A stretch of 64,000 bases of DNA from Paramecium tetraurelia (Eukaryota): contig CT868285.1 of assembly GCA_000165425.1 (NCBI GenBank), forward strand, positions 124,001 through 188,000, given 5' to 3'. The stretch's first letter is position 1. Each line of letters starts with the position of its first letter. The position numbers and the translations under genes were made by a program. Below the pieces are notes generated by a model. The model ran no database searches. It was not told the DNA's origin and saw only the letters and a list, made by a program, of their open reading frames with translations. This document shows, piece by piece, positions 40,522-52,266 of this stretch.

Positions 40522-41437
40522 GATTAATAATAACAATATTTAAATCATAATAGTGATACACAATCAGAAGAAGAAATTATAGTATTAGATAAAGATGATA
40601 AACTAGTTGAGGAAGTTCAATAAAAAATTGATGAAGATGATTTTGTGAGTGGAGAAGAGATTGAAATTTAAAATGATAATTAAGAAATTTAGTAGATCTA
40701 AAATAATGATGATGATGAAGATGAATTTGAAGAAGGTGAAGTAATTCAAGAATAAGAAAATAATGAGACTTAAGTTAAGGAAGTAAACGATCAGGCTAAT
40801 AATCAAAATTTGGTAAACTGCTATTCAATATTTAGAGAATGTCCTCTGTTAATAAACATTCAATTGATCAATTATACAATGAATTATGTTAAGGATTTTA
40901 ATGCCCACTTTAAAAGAATTTCGAATTTGATTCAGTGTATTAATTTTTGATTTTGATAGCCCTGCTCAATAATTTAGTTCAATCGAAACTGCTTTGGATA
41001 AAAACAGTGTGAATTACCTTCTTGAAAGAGAGTAAAATCAAATAATATTAAAGATTATAGCATGTCCAAGGCTAGAAAGATTTGAATGGCATGGCAACCC
41101 CATCCAAAATAAACATTAATGAAGTAGGTGTGTCTTAGGAATTAAAGAATGCTTTCCTTGATTAAATTAAGCTCTATACATTAATTTGGACCAAGTATTA
41201 GCCATACATTTAGTATTTATGTTGTCTATGATTAGAATGTCTGACCAATATAATTTTGTGATTGAATACCCTATGTTTGAATATGTGGATGTCTCTTAAG
41301 ACAAGTCTCCAGTTCCAAGAGGAGGAACTTCTCAATTTTAATTAAATGATGTAGGAAGACCAGGATTATAAGAGATATTAGATCTGATTCCTGATTATTC
41401 GAAGCTTTTAGAGCAGACTTTCTCAAATGAAACATGA
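39799..41437 (+). CDS. Acidic, polyQ-containing low-complexity protein with a small ordered C-terminus
   Basis: MSDQFDDDDFVDGEEI..., a TAA/CAA-rich polyQ tract, four tiny introns in the 3' part, ends LQEILDLIPDYSKLLEQTFSNET*. Confidence 0.75.
40330..40540 (+). repeat. Coding polyglutamine microsatellite (TAA/CAA)n including a 21-nt unit EQQQQQQ x3
   Basis: gagtaataataacaataataa repeated, followed by a pure (taa)n run. Confidence 0.9.
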
Positions 41438-41487
41438 AAGTTGTTTTATATATAAAAATATTTTAGTTTTTAATTAAAAATAAATTA

Positions 41488-42560
41488 ATGGATTAGCATA
41501 AACTATAATTTAAGGAGGATCAAATAATGAAAGTAAAATTAATATCCTATACTATGTAGCCTTTTAAATAGGAAAGATTTAATATTAAATAATTTTAAAG
41601 AGATTTAGAAATTAATATTCTCTCGAAAACAGATGAGAAAATAGTATTTGAGATAATAAACATCGATGCTCCAATTGCTAATTCCTTAAGAAGAATTATG
41701 ATTGCTGAAGTAATTCCTTATGTAAATAGAGATCCCAACAATGGCAATTCATAAGGTTCAAGTAATCCAAAACACCAGTGTTATACCAGATGAAGTATTA
41801 GCTCACAGATTGGGGTAATGAAAATTGAAACCATATAAGATTGATACCAATCATAGCAGATCCTTTGTAATTTATTGAGAAAGATGACTAAGAAGAATAT
41901 AATGAATTGAATTCAATAGATTTTACATTAGTTGCGAAGTGTGAAAAAAAACCAAATAGTAAGCATGATGACCCTATTGAATAACAATATACTAATACAA
42001 CAGTGCATTCAAGCAGTTTAATTTGGTAACCAAAAGGACAATAAGCTAAATTGTTTGCTGCTAATCCAATTCGACCAGTTCATTCAAATATTATTATTGC
42101 TAAATTGAGGGAAAATCAAGAACTCAATTTAAGATTGATTTGTGAAAAAGGAGTAGGTAAAAGACATGCAAAATGGTATCACATAAATTCATTTTAGGTC
42201 TCCTGTATGCACAGCCTTTTATAAATTAATGCCATCTATTACTATAAAAAATTAATTAGATGCTTAAAGATAAGAGAAGTTGGCATCTCTATGTCCTATG
42301 AAAGTATTTGGAGTGAAAGGAAACTAAATAAAAGTTGTGAATCCAAGAAACTGCACTACTTGTAGAGAATGTGTAAGAGAAGCAAATGGATTTGAGAAGG
42401 ATGTTGAATTAAATAAAATAGATAATCACTTTATTTGTAATCATCATAGATTTTAAGTATAGTCTCTATCGAAAGTGTAGGATAATATGAAGCTAAAGAT
42501 ATAATGTTATAGGCAATTGAAGTATTTAGATCAAAAGTATAATTATACATTAAGGAATGA
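41488..42560 (+). CDS. RPC40: RNA polymerase I/III shared subunit AC40
   Basis: [80 protein letters not shown]. Confidence 0.95.
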
Positions 42561-43355
42561 TTTTTTATATTCATTAAATTATAATAATCACTGTATCTAT
42601 AACTATTGCACTTTCCTTTGGGAATTTGTTTTTGATATCCAATTTTTAATAGTAATATTTTCAAATATTAGATTTTAGTAGTGACAAGTAACTTTAATTT
42701 ATTTTTGTAAAGATAAAATAAAGCATAAGTTAATCAAGATATTTTATTGTATTTTTTACTTCTTTTTTATCCTAAAAATAATTAATATAAAAATTAAAAT
42801 AAAATTATAACACTGTCCCTATATCTCAGATGGCCTATATCAGAACTAGCAATGAAAAAATATCGAGGCTGAGCACTTCTAATTCACTTTTCTCAAAAAT
42901 TACTGAAAATTTTATTAAATCTTTTCGTAGAAATATTTTGAAGGATTTTTGAATTATATATTATTGGATTTGCGGATGATTAAAATCTTAATTATTGGAT
43001 TTTCTTCTCTAAAATTTTCCAGATCTATTAAATTGCAATAATCTTTGTTTTAATAAACATTAGATTATCAAATTATGAATTTTATGTATCTAATTGCAAA
43101 CTGGTTATAATGCAATATTTAACTTGGAGATAATAATATCATTTCAGGAATGAATTTATTAAGCATTAATCATATTTTCTTTATTTGCAACATAAATACA
43201 AATATATTGAATAATTATTCTAACAAATATGTGAATATTTAATCTTAGAGATATATTATCTTTATATTCACAGATACATTACGTTTATTGTGATAACTGT
43301 TATTTAGCAGATATGCAAAATTATAAGATCTTAATAATAAAATAAATTTAAATTT

Positions 43356-44786
43356 ATGAGTTAAGATAAAAAGTTCTATTTTAATTTTACATCCCCCTTT
43401 GAATCGGTTAGATAAATTGAGATTTTTCCAAAGTCACCAAAAGAGAGGTTCTTTGTTCCAAAAAATGAATAGTTTAAGTAGAAGACCCTTGTACTTTAGA
43501 GGAATTGTCTTATCATTTGTGACAAGAAGGTATCATATAATAATAATATGAAGGGCGCTTCCAAAAAGTATTTTAACATAACAAATGCTTTATTAGAGAT
43601 AGTTAGCCATCCTAAGTTGGGCCTTGGGATATCTTTAACTAAAAATGAAGAAAACTTTACGTTTTATGGACTTGTTGAATAATGGTTTGCATATATGAAA
43701 AAATGGTGTATATAGCCCCATTTTTCTAAAGCATATAGCATTATTGCCTTGATTGGCTAAGGAAGTTTTGCTAAAGTACTTAAAACATATACATTAAAGG
43801 TTTTTAAAATTCAAAGAATCAGTGATAGGAAAGAATTTGCGGTGAAAGTTTTTGATAAAACATTAATGCAATCTTAGGATTAAGCGTCCCTTCTTAAAGA
43901 AATCGAACTTTTAAGAGTGATGAACCACAAGAATATTATCAACATTTAAGAAGCATTTGAAAACGACTAATATATCTATATAGTCCATGATCTGTATAAA
44001 GGAGGAGAATTACATAAGGAACTAATGAAAAACAAGACTTTCTCAGAAAGAGGAGCATTTATCATAGTTTAATAACTAGTTGAGGCGTTACATTATGTGC
44101 ATTCTCATGGTATACTTCATAGAGACATTAAACCTGAAAATATCATTTTAAGAGAAGAAGGAATAATTGATTAGGTCGTTCTAGCTGATTTTGGTTTGGC
44201 AGATTATTACAGAAAAGATTGCAAATATATGTTTACAAGATGTGGAACGCCAGGCTATATAGCACCAGAATTATTATAGGATAAAATTTATGATCATAAA
44301 GTTGATGTGTATAGTTGTGGTGTCCTCTTTTATTATCTTCTAGTTGGAAAAGGACCTTTTGACTCTAATACTTAAGATGCAATAGTAAAAGCAAATTAGA
44401 ATGGTCAGATTGATTTAACTTAATTCACTTTTACAAATGAATGTCTTGATCTTTTAAGAGGTATGTTGGATTCAAACCCTCATAACAGATTTACTCTTGA
44501 TCAAGTTAAATAAAGTTCTTTCTTTAAAAGACATATGGTTGTGAATAATCAAACAAGTAGCTCTACATCTTTAGAAAGCCTAAGTAATTAATCAGAATCA
44601 TAAACAAATTCCCTATAATCATCGCCATATCAATAACAAATATATCAATAAGAATTAAAAAGCAAATAAGTTTAATATGCATCTCCTTTATAATTGCCTT
44701 TGAGAGTTAAGTCCCCAAATTTATCTCCATTAAAAGATCCTTAGCGTCAGATTCTCAATTTACAGAGAGTACCTATTAAGATATGA
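43356..44786 (+). CDS. Ser/Thr protein kinase (CAMK-group, with probable PH-like N-terminus)
   Basis: [46 protein letters not shown]. Confidence 0.92.
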
Positions 44787-45302
44787 ATTTATTATATTGA
44801 ATCGAGTTAATTTTATAATTAATAATGTAAAATCTCATTCAAGATTAAGGTTTTTACTCATCTCTAAATAGTGCTCTATAGGTAAATTACAGTTAAGTTA
44901 TGGAAGCTACATTAAATGTACCAAAAAAAAAGAGTTGGTTATTAATTAAATTCTCTTAAAATATAGGAAAAAAATCATACTAAAGTATAATTCAATTAAT
45001 TATATAATTATAAAAGTAGAATTAAAATATTTAGTGAAAAGCTGTTAAAGTAGTTTGTAATCCTATAATTTGATCTCACATTTTCATCTAAATAAAGAAA
45101 TTGAAACAGAAAAATGAATTTAGACTATTATAACTGAATATCTAAATATTTTACAAAAAGAATGCTACATTTTTATGATATATATCATGATTTGCAGTAA
45201 ATTCAATCATTCAAAAGAAAATAATTTTATTAAAAATTCCAAGACTTGAAATACAATTTATTTTAACAATAGAAGTTTAATTATAAATAAAAAATTATTC
45301 TT

Positions 45303-45900
45303 TATGTTATTATTTATGCTTTTGTAATATTATCATAGATATTTTGAAACCGTACCTTTCCTTTGATTGGCTTGTTATCTTTCAGATTACTTTGAATGAG
45401 TTACTTTAAGTATTAATCTAAATTAGAGGAAATCAAGGAGTTACGCACTTGAAATTCATAAAATTAAAATTATAACTAATAACATAATATACTCTATAAA
45501 CTAAACTTTAAGACAAGTATATTAATTTTAAATTTAGATTCTAGTTAGTATAAATCTTATAAATAACTGAATTCATGTTTTCTTTTAAAGATTTGAAGGT
45601 TTCTATCATATAATAATAATAAAGGGATAAATGATAATTTATTATAAAATGTGTCTGATCCCAAATATTTTTTTGTAATCCTCTGTTAAACTAAATTCCT
45701 AGTCAAGCATTAAGCTTCAAGATGCAATTAAATTCAGATGAATCGCTTTTGCCTCAATATTATTAACAAACTAATCTTTAACAAGGAAAGAAGGAATATA
45801 ATGAATCTTGAAAAATCTGTTACATAATCTAGTATTTAAAGAGAAATTTCAAGAGTTGAAAGTTACTTTTTAGTATCTTACTTCTACCCCTGAGAAAATG
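45303..45900 (+). pseudogene. Possible decayed gene remnant
   Basis: Coding-like stretches and an intron-like gtatattaattttaaatttag, but in-frame TGAs and no continuous frame. Confidence 0.25.
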
Positions 45901-45966
45901 CGTTATAAGCTACGTAATTATATTTTAATTATAAAATGTCCTATACTTAACATATATTGTAATGAT

Positions 45967-46403
45967 TCATGGATACTTTTTATGAGCTTTTTCTAAGATT
46001 TCATAATGATCAAATGCAAAGGCTTCCTTTCCCAGTTAAGTAGTTCTTCAACGTTAAGCCATTATGCAGTTTTAGCATCATCTGCTGCCACAGGTTCTGC
46101 ATCAGGTTGAATTTCAACCTTATAAACAATGGAAACATAATGTCCTCTTGGATCTCTGTCAGGAGCCCCTTTAACATCAATTAAATCAACATCTAGCCCT
46201 AAGATTCCGGTTTCTTCTTTAAGTTCTCTTAAACAACATTAAGTTGGATCTTCCCCATAATCTAAATGTCCTCCTGGAAAGGCATATTTCCCTAAAAATG
46301 GTTCGTGTCCTCTTGTTATCAATATAACCTATTTAATTTCGTTTTCACGTTTTCTAAAACATACTGCATCACATGCTAATTAAGGTTATTTTTTTTAATT
46401 CAT
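45967..46403 (-). CDS. NUDIX hydrolase (ADP-ribose pyrophosphatase-like), with a frame break near the 3' end
   Basis: Nudix box GGHLDYGEDPTQCCLRELKEETG, plus DRDPRGHYVS and AADDA. The terminal AFDH motif is in a different frame. Confidence 0.88.
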
Positions 46404-46427
46404 TAAAATTATAAATATTATAGAAAA

Positions 46428-47208
46428 TCATTAATAATATAGAGTAGGTGTCTTGGTTTGATTTAATAGTGAGAGCGATTCATAGTTGAAGCAACAGATG
46501 TCCAAGGATAAATCGTTTTATTTTTTAAATCTTTTTTTCAGTATCTAAGTGATATTATCCTTATTATCTAGAGCTGGAGTTTTAATTCTAGGCCAAAAAT
46601 TGTTGGAGTTCTTTTTTATTTGTTTTTAATGACTACTTGAATAACCTTAGTGAGTTTCAATTGGTACTGCTTTATTTCTTTTATTTGAATCAGATTAATT
46701 TAATTTAATTTGATTGATCATATTTAGTTAGATTTCCTGGCTATTTTATCGAATTCTGGTTGAAGGTCTTGTCATACTTAATTTTGGAGTGGTTATTTAT
46801 TTAATTGCTTTTTCAAAATTCTTAATATTACTGTAAAGGATTCTTTGTTTTGTTGCTTATTCTCTTCTACTTTACAACTAACTGTAAAATTCTTAATCAT
46901 TTTATGAAGAAAGTTCTCTTCTCTTTTAGCTCAAATAAAATTTTCGCCTTGTGTCTAAAAATTAATTGAATCAATACACTTCGACAAGTATCCTTGATTA
47001 ATAATAACGCATTAGAGTTGCTATTATAAAATTCTAATTCATTATCTGAATTATTTCCTTCCCTTTACACCTAATCTTAGCTGTTATTTATAGGAACACA
47101 ATTCATAAGTGAAAGATTATTATTATTATTAACTTTTCTTTAAGTGGCTCTTAAAACTTTCCTAATATCATCCCATTGTTAATGTATTAATTGTACTTTA
47201 ACACTCAT
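46428..47208 (-). CDS. Hypothetical basic protein
   Basis: MSVKVQLIHQQWDDIRKVLRATQEK...RIKTPALDNKDNITQILKKRFKK...TPTLYYQ*; tiny intron(s). Confidence 0.6.
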
Positions 47209-47868
47209 TACAAAATATAATTATATTAATGTATTTATATAATCTGTATAGCTCTTATTTTTAAATAATGTAAACTTAAAGTATAAACAAAAAATCTATA
47301 AATCTGAGAGATAAGTCTATCTTTCAGTAACATTAAACTATTCAATAATAATTATTGACGTACCTATGCATAATTTGAAAGTTTGAATATTTAAATTCAT
47401 TTCTAGTATTTATTATTGCATCACACTAATCATCAATGCCTGCTTTTTGTTAAGATAAATAATCATTAATTATTGAATTTAATATAAAATTGGTTGATTG
47501 TCTTAAATATATATATCCTGTATTTTCAAAATACAAAATAATCATTAATTTTCATTCAATCAAGTTCTATATTTAATTTACAGGATTTATTTAGAATAAT
47601 CTGATATCTCTTCTTATATATAAGATATTTTCAATTTATTCATATAATAACTCTTATTTATATCTCTTATATTCTTCTCAAATCTCTTATATAGTGTCAA
47701 ATATACTTGTTAACTATGTTATAATGCTTGAGCTTCTTCTAAGTTAAAAAGATAAGAAAATACGAATCGTTATTTTGGAACATAATATGGAATTATTTAA
47801 GTGATTAATTAGCACTCTTATGTATATATTAAATCTTTAATTTCCATTAAATAAAATAAATAAGAAAA

Positions 47869-48425
47869 ATGGGTGATTCTGATATAATTGAGCCATCTGC
47901 CTATTTCTTTGGATACATTGGAGTTGCATCTGCAGTCGTTTTTGCCAGTATATTCATGTATTATCGTAGATTTGGGCTCATCTTATGGTGCCACAAAATC
48001 AGGAGTCGGAATTTGCTCTATGGGTGTTTTAAAACCAGATTTAATTATGAAGTCAGTTATTCCAGTTGTCATGGCTGGTATTTTGGGTATTTATGGGATG
48101 ATTGTTGGTGTTATTTTATAAGGAAAAGGTATTGATAATTTATATAATAAATAGTTTCATCAATAACAGCACAATCAGCATCAAAATAAGGATATGCTTA
48201 TTTATCCGCCGGATTATGTTGTGGATTGAGCTCTCTAGTAAGATATATTTTTTTTACAGATTTTAGGCTGCAGGATTGTCAATTGGAATAGTTGGTGATG
48301 CAGGAGTCAGAGCTAATGCTTAATAAGACAGAATTTTCGTAGGAATGATTTTGATTTTGATTTTTGCAGAGGCTTTGGCATTGTATGGGCTTATTGTGTC
48401 CTTGATTTTATCATAAACATCATGA
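47869..48425 (+). CDS. VMA3: V-ATPase V0 proteolipid subunit c
   Basis: [39 protein letters not shown]...[35 protein letters not shown] with the essential Glu. Introns at about 47948-47969, 48129-48154 and 48238-48266. Confidence 0.97.
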
Positions 48426-48439
48426 GTATTATTATTAAA

Positions 48440-49090
48440 GCACAAATATAAAGATAAATCCATCACTAATACATATCTAATCATTTTTTAATTTCTAATC
48501 ATTCCTCTTAAACCAATTCAACACTGCAAAAGCAAAACCTATATTTGATTATTCTCTGCCACTTTTGGATTCTTGAGACTCAATTATCTTTAACAAATCC
48601 ATATTCCTAAACCCGCCCCAAAACAATGTGTTTAAATCAAAACTTTGTAAAATTATATTTACTCAATATACAAGGAGCATAAGCCATCATAATAACAATT
48701 AACTGGCAAAGTCATCCGATTCAGCTTTTAGTATAGAGATTCATTCCATTTCATGTTCCAATTTGAAATTTTTATTGTCAAATTTATTCTCATAATCCCT
48801 CATCTCCTTTTTATTATTTCCAATGAACATCTCCTTCATCCATTTTTATTCAAATAATGTTAAGGCTTCCTATATACTCTAATATTTTATGCAAATTATC
48901 AATAGATCTGATTTAACATTGGCATCTATTATCTATTTATTATCATTTTTCAAATTTATAAGTAATGACTTGATTTGATAAAGATGTGTAAAAATCCTCT
49001 TTTGATATTATTATTTATAGCCTTTGAAGAAAATTAAAAATCTATATTTTTTAATTTTAATCTATATCTTAAATCAATTCATGCATTAAA
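48440..49090 (-). pseudogene. Hypothetical gene or pseudogene with a broken frame
   Basis: Coding-like blocks (EALTLFEQKWMKEMF; WNMKWNESLYQKLNRMTLPVNCYYDGLCS; FWGGFRNMDLLKII) lie in different frames, and I could not join them with canonical introns. Confidence 0.35.
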
Positions 49091-49199
49091 GAGTAAGATT
49101 AATATCCATAATAAAGAATGAGGGATTATTTATATTTTATAAAGTATATAATTTCTGAATTTATTAGAGATTACAGAACTCAGAATAATCCTAATTCTA

Positions 49200-50441
49200 A
49201 TGCCATACGATTTATAAAGAGACTTAGATTGCCATTACTTTATCCATAACTTCAATTCTTCCCTTAAATGCAGAAAATCTAAGAGGAGAATTAAATCATA
49301 AAACCTTTTTTAATATTGTTTACTAATTCGAAAAATAGGTTAGTAAAAAATTCTTTGAAGGCACAATTAACAATATATATTAATAGTAAAATCAAATTGA
49401 AAAATTTCATTTAATTTCTGCTCTAAATCTTTAAAGAAAAAAAGTTTTTTTTGATCATTCTTGCCTATTGTTGTAAAGGTCATCAACAATTTTTTCATAT
49501 TTTTACAATTTATTGAGAATTAAATCTAGATTTTAAATGACTCTTAAAAGATTTTATGAATTTAATACAGTCGATTTGCAAAATAGTTTAAGCCACTAAT
49601 CTTAAAGCAAAAGGTAATTATTAACAAATATTATTTTACCTCATATCAATAAATATTATATAAAGGGAAAATTTTTAATTAACCATTTATTAATTACAAA
49701 TTTTATTAACATTCTACTTGGCTTAAATTAAGCCATTGGAATCAAAAATTAAATAATTTTCAAAACAAAATATTTTGAGTCTTATGAAAGAATAAGCAGA
49801 CGAGTGAAAAATGAATATTATCTCCACTATTTTTAAATTAAATTTTAGACTGGAAATTCCAGTTTAATTAGACAGAAAAAGGAACTTCAATTTACTTATT
49901 TTATGAGATTTAATGAAAAAAAAGATTAATACTAATTAGTGTTTATACAGTTTTGTTCTCTGTTTATTCTTTATTTTTCTTTATCTATTTTTATTCCAAT
50001 TAGTTCATTCATAGTGTTTGAGTTTCTCGACCAAATAATCAATTACTAAACAGGTTTATCAAACCTTTAACCTGAAGATTTTCTCTAGCTGTCTTCTTCA
50101 GGTAAAATATCGTTTAAAATCTTCTATTGGATTTAAGAATATTATAAAATGCCTTCGTTTTCTCCTTAATAAATCTTGTTTAAATTCATCCACAATGGTT
50201 TATAAGAATGTATCAACAAAATTAGAATTGAACCTAATTTTAATATTTATTTGAAATTTTCTCTATTTAGAAAATAATGGTACTAAAAATTAAATTAATA
50301 TTGTTAGTACCAACCTTTATTATTGAAATTGATTAAGTTTTAAATTTCAGCCTCATTACTCTTCTTAAAATAACAATAACACTGTTAGTAAATCTATTTA
50401 AGCAAAATTTGCTGTTTCATATATTTTAGAAAGAAAATGTG
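49200..50441 (+). CDS. Possible hypothetical membrane protein or decayed gene
   Basis: Two long TGA-free stretches (about 49200-49620 and 49735-50441), one with a hydrophobic segment LVFIQFCSLFILYFSLSIFIPISSFIVF. The junction is unresolved. Confidence 0.3.
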
Positions 50442-50497
50442 ATTGATAAATATTTGTAAATGAATTAGGTTATGTAATTTATATGTGAAATAGAGTT

Positions 50498-50531
50498 AAA
50501 AAACAAAAAAATAAATAAAAAAATAAAAAAA
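50498..50531 (-). terminator. Pol III oligo-T terminator of the tRNA
   Basis: Several T6-T7 runs on the minus strand begin 2 nt after the discriminator base. Confidence 0.75.
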
Positions 50532-50532
50532 T

Positions 50533-50613
50533 CGATGCCTGTGAGACTCGAACTCACGCGGGAAATCCCAACGGCTTAGCAGGCCGCCGCCTTAACCACT
50601 CGGCCAAAGCATC
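50533..50613 (-). tRNA. tRNA-Ser (anticodon GCT)
   Basis: GATGCTTTGGCCGAGTGGTTAAGGCGGCGGCCTGCTAAGCCGTTGGGATTTCCCGCGTGAGTTCGAGTCTCACAGGCATCG. It has an acceptor stem, D loop, anticodon loop CTGCTAA, long variable arm, GTTCGA and discriminator G. Confidence 0.97.
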
Positions 50614-50661
50614 TAATCTATTGAATTTATGAGACATAATTATTTATAGTATGAATTATAA

Positions 50662-52182
50662 TCAATCTTTAATTTCTTATAATTGATTAGTTTATTCTAA
50701 TTATTAATTTTGATTTAATTCTATACGACTTTCATTAACACTTTCTAATTAATTTTTTATTCTACTTAGATAATTGGAATCAGTATTTTTGATTTATAAA
50801 TTTCCAATATCTATCCAAGGGAATTCCTATATTATCTTTTTTCTATTATATTGAGTTCTACAAAATGGACAATTCTTTTATCTAAGTAACCATTCTTATA
50901 AACATATATAATGAAATATATGAAAACAAGGAGTAACACTACAAATCTTTTATAATTTATGATTAGCATTTTTCATTTATTCTAAACAAACAGCACATTC
51001 TTCAAATTATGATAATCCAGGATATATTTATATAAATTTATCATAATAATGAGCTTTAAAATGATCTTTAATAAATCTAATTTAAAAACCTTATCATATT
51101 AATTATATTAATTTACCTTTATAGATTGCTGGATCAAATACTCGATTAGATTATAATTATTAATCTGAAATTCCTTATTAATTTAGATTTCTCCGAATAG
51201 TTTCTTATACTTGTTTACGAATTTGTTAATGTTTTCTAGTTTTTAATGCAGAAATTCCAAATGCAAATAATAAAAGAGTTGCAATAACACAAGCAGTTAG
51301 TATAATAATTATTTTATTGCGTTCAAATACTGATTCATCATCTTCATAATAAGTAACTATTTTAAATTAAAACTCAATTTATTCAGATTAATTATTATAG
51401 ATTCCTATATAGATTACGTCAGCATCAATAATTATTATTTGTTCTTATACATTTACTATAGATAATAATTTATAACTATTTTGTAAATTTGGTATTGTTT
51501 TTTAAGGTGTTTATTCAGAAACTAAGCTATAAACTACATTATTATTAAATACTTTACATACATCCTGTTATTCATTCTGTGTTTATAATTCTATATTAGT
51601 AGTAGATAATTCATAATATAAATATATCCATTTATTAGATTCTATTGTTAATTTATAATAAACATTGCTAAATATTTTAGATGATTAAAATTGACAAAAT
51701 AATCCATAATATGAATCTAAACAATTACATTACTTTGATACACAAACAGAATTCTGAATTTCAGGGTAATTATATCCATTACAATCATTAATACAAGATT
51801 GTATAAATGGTCTTTCTGCAATATATAATTCATATGAACTTTTTGTATTATTTTATTCTGATTGTAAACATCTTATATATAATAGTTATTAAAAGTCTAT
51901 TTCTACTAATTAATAAACACTATTAGCTTAATAACCCTAATAATCATGAGCATAAGATTCACTTTTAGAATCAGTTATATCTGTAAATGCTACTTATCCT
52001 AAACTTGATTATGATACTAAACACACTGCTTTTGATTAAGACACATAAAATTTTATTATTATACTATTTGCTTTTGATGAGTAATCCAATTTTATCTAGT
52101 ATTCTATATTAGTATCTAGTTATCCCCAATAATCAGGCTTACCTTTTATTAAAAACATGAGGAAAGTCATAAATATAATCAT
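50662..52182 (-). CDS. Type I membrane RING-H2 E3 ligase-like protein with EGF-like ectodomain
   Basis: Signal peptide MIIFMTFLMFLIKG; CINDCNG...CVSKQCNCLDSYYGLFC; TM IIIILTACVIATLLLFAFGISAL; RING-H2 CAVCLE...TPCFHIFHYICLQEWLLRQKNCPFCR. Confidence 0.88.
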
Positions 52183-52266
52183 TAAATTATTAAAATTTAT
52201 AGTTTTTTTCTCTCCTCCAGAGATAATAAAATAATAAAATTAAATTAATTTAATGATTTAATATAT

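Noticed and set aside
40268..40806. Poly-Leu and poly-Ile ORFs in the track
   Set aside because: They are antisense shadows of the (TAA)n polyQ tract.
46020..46060. Retained IES as the cause of the NUDIX frame break
   Set aside because: No TA-bounded segment of suitable length or TAYAG-like ends restores the frame.
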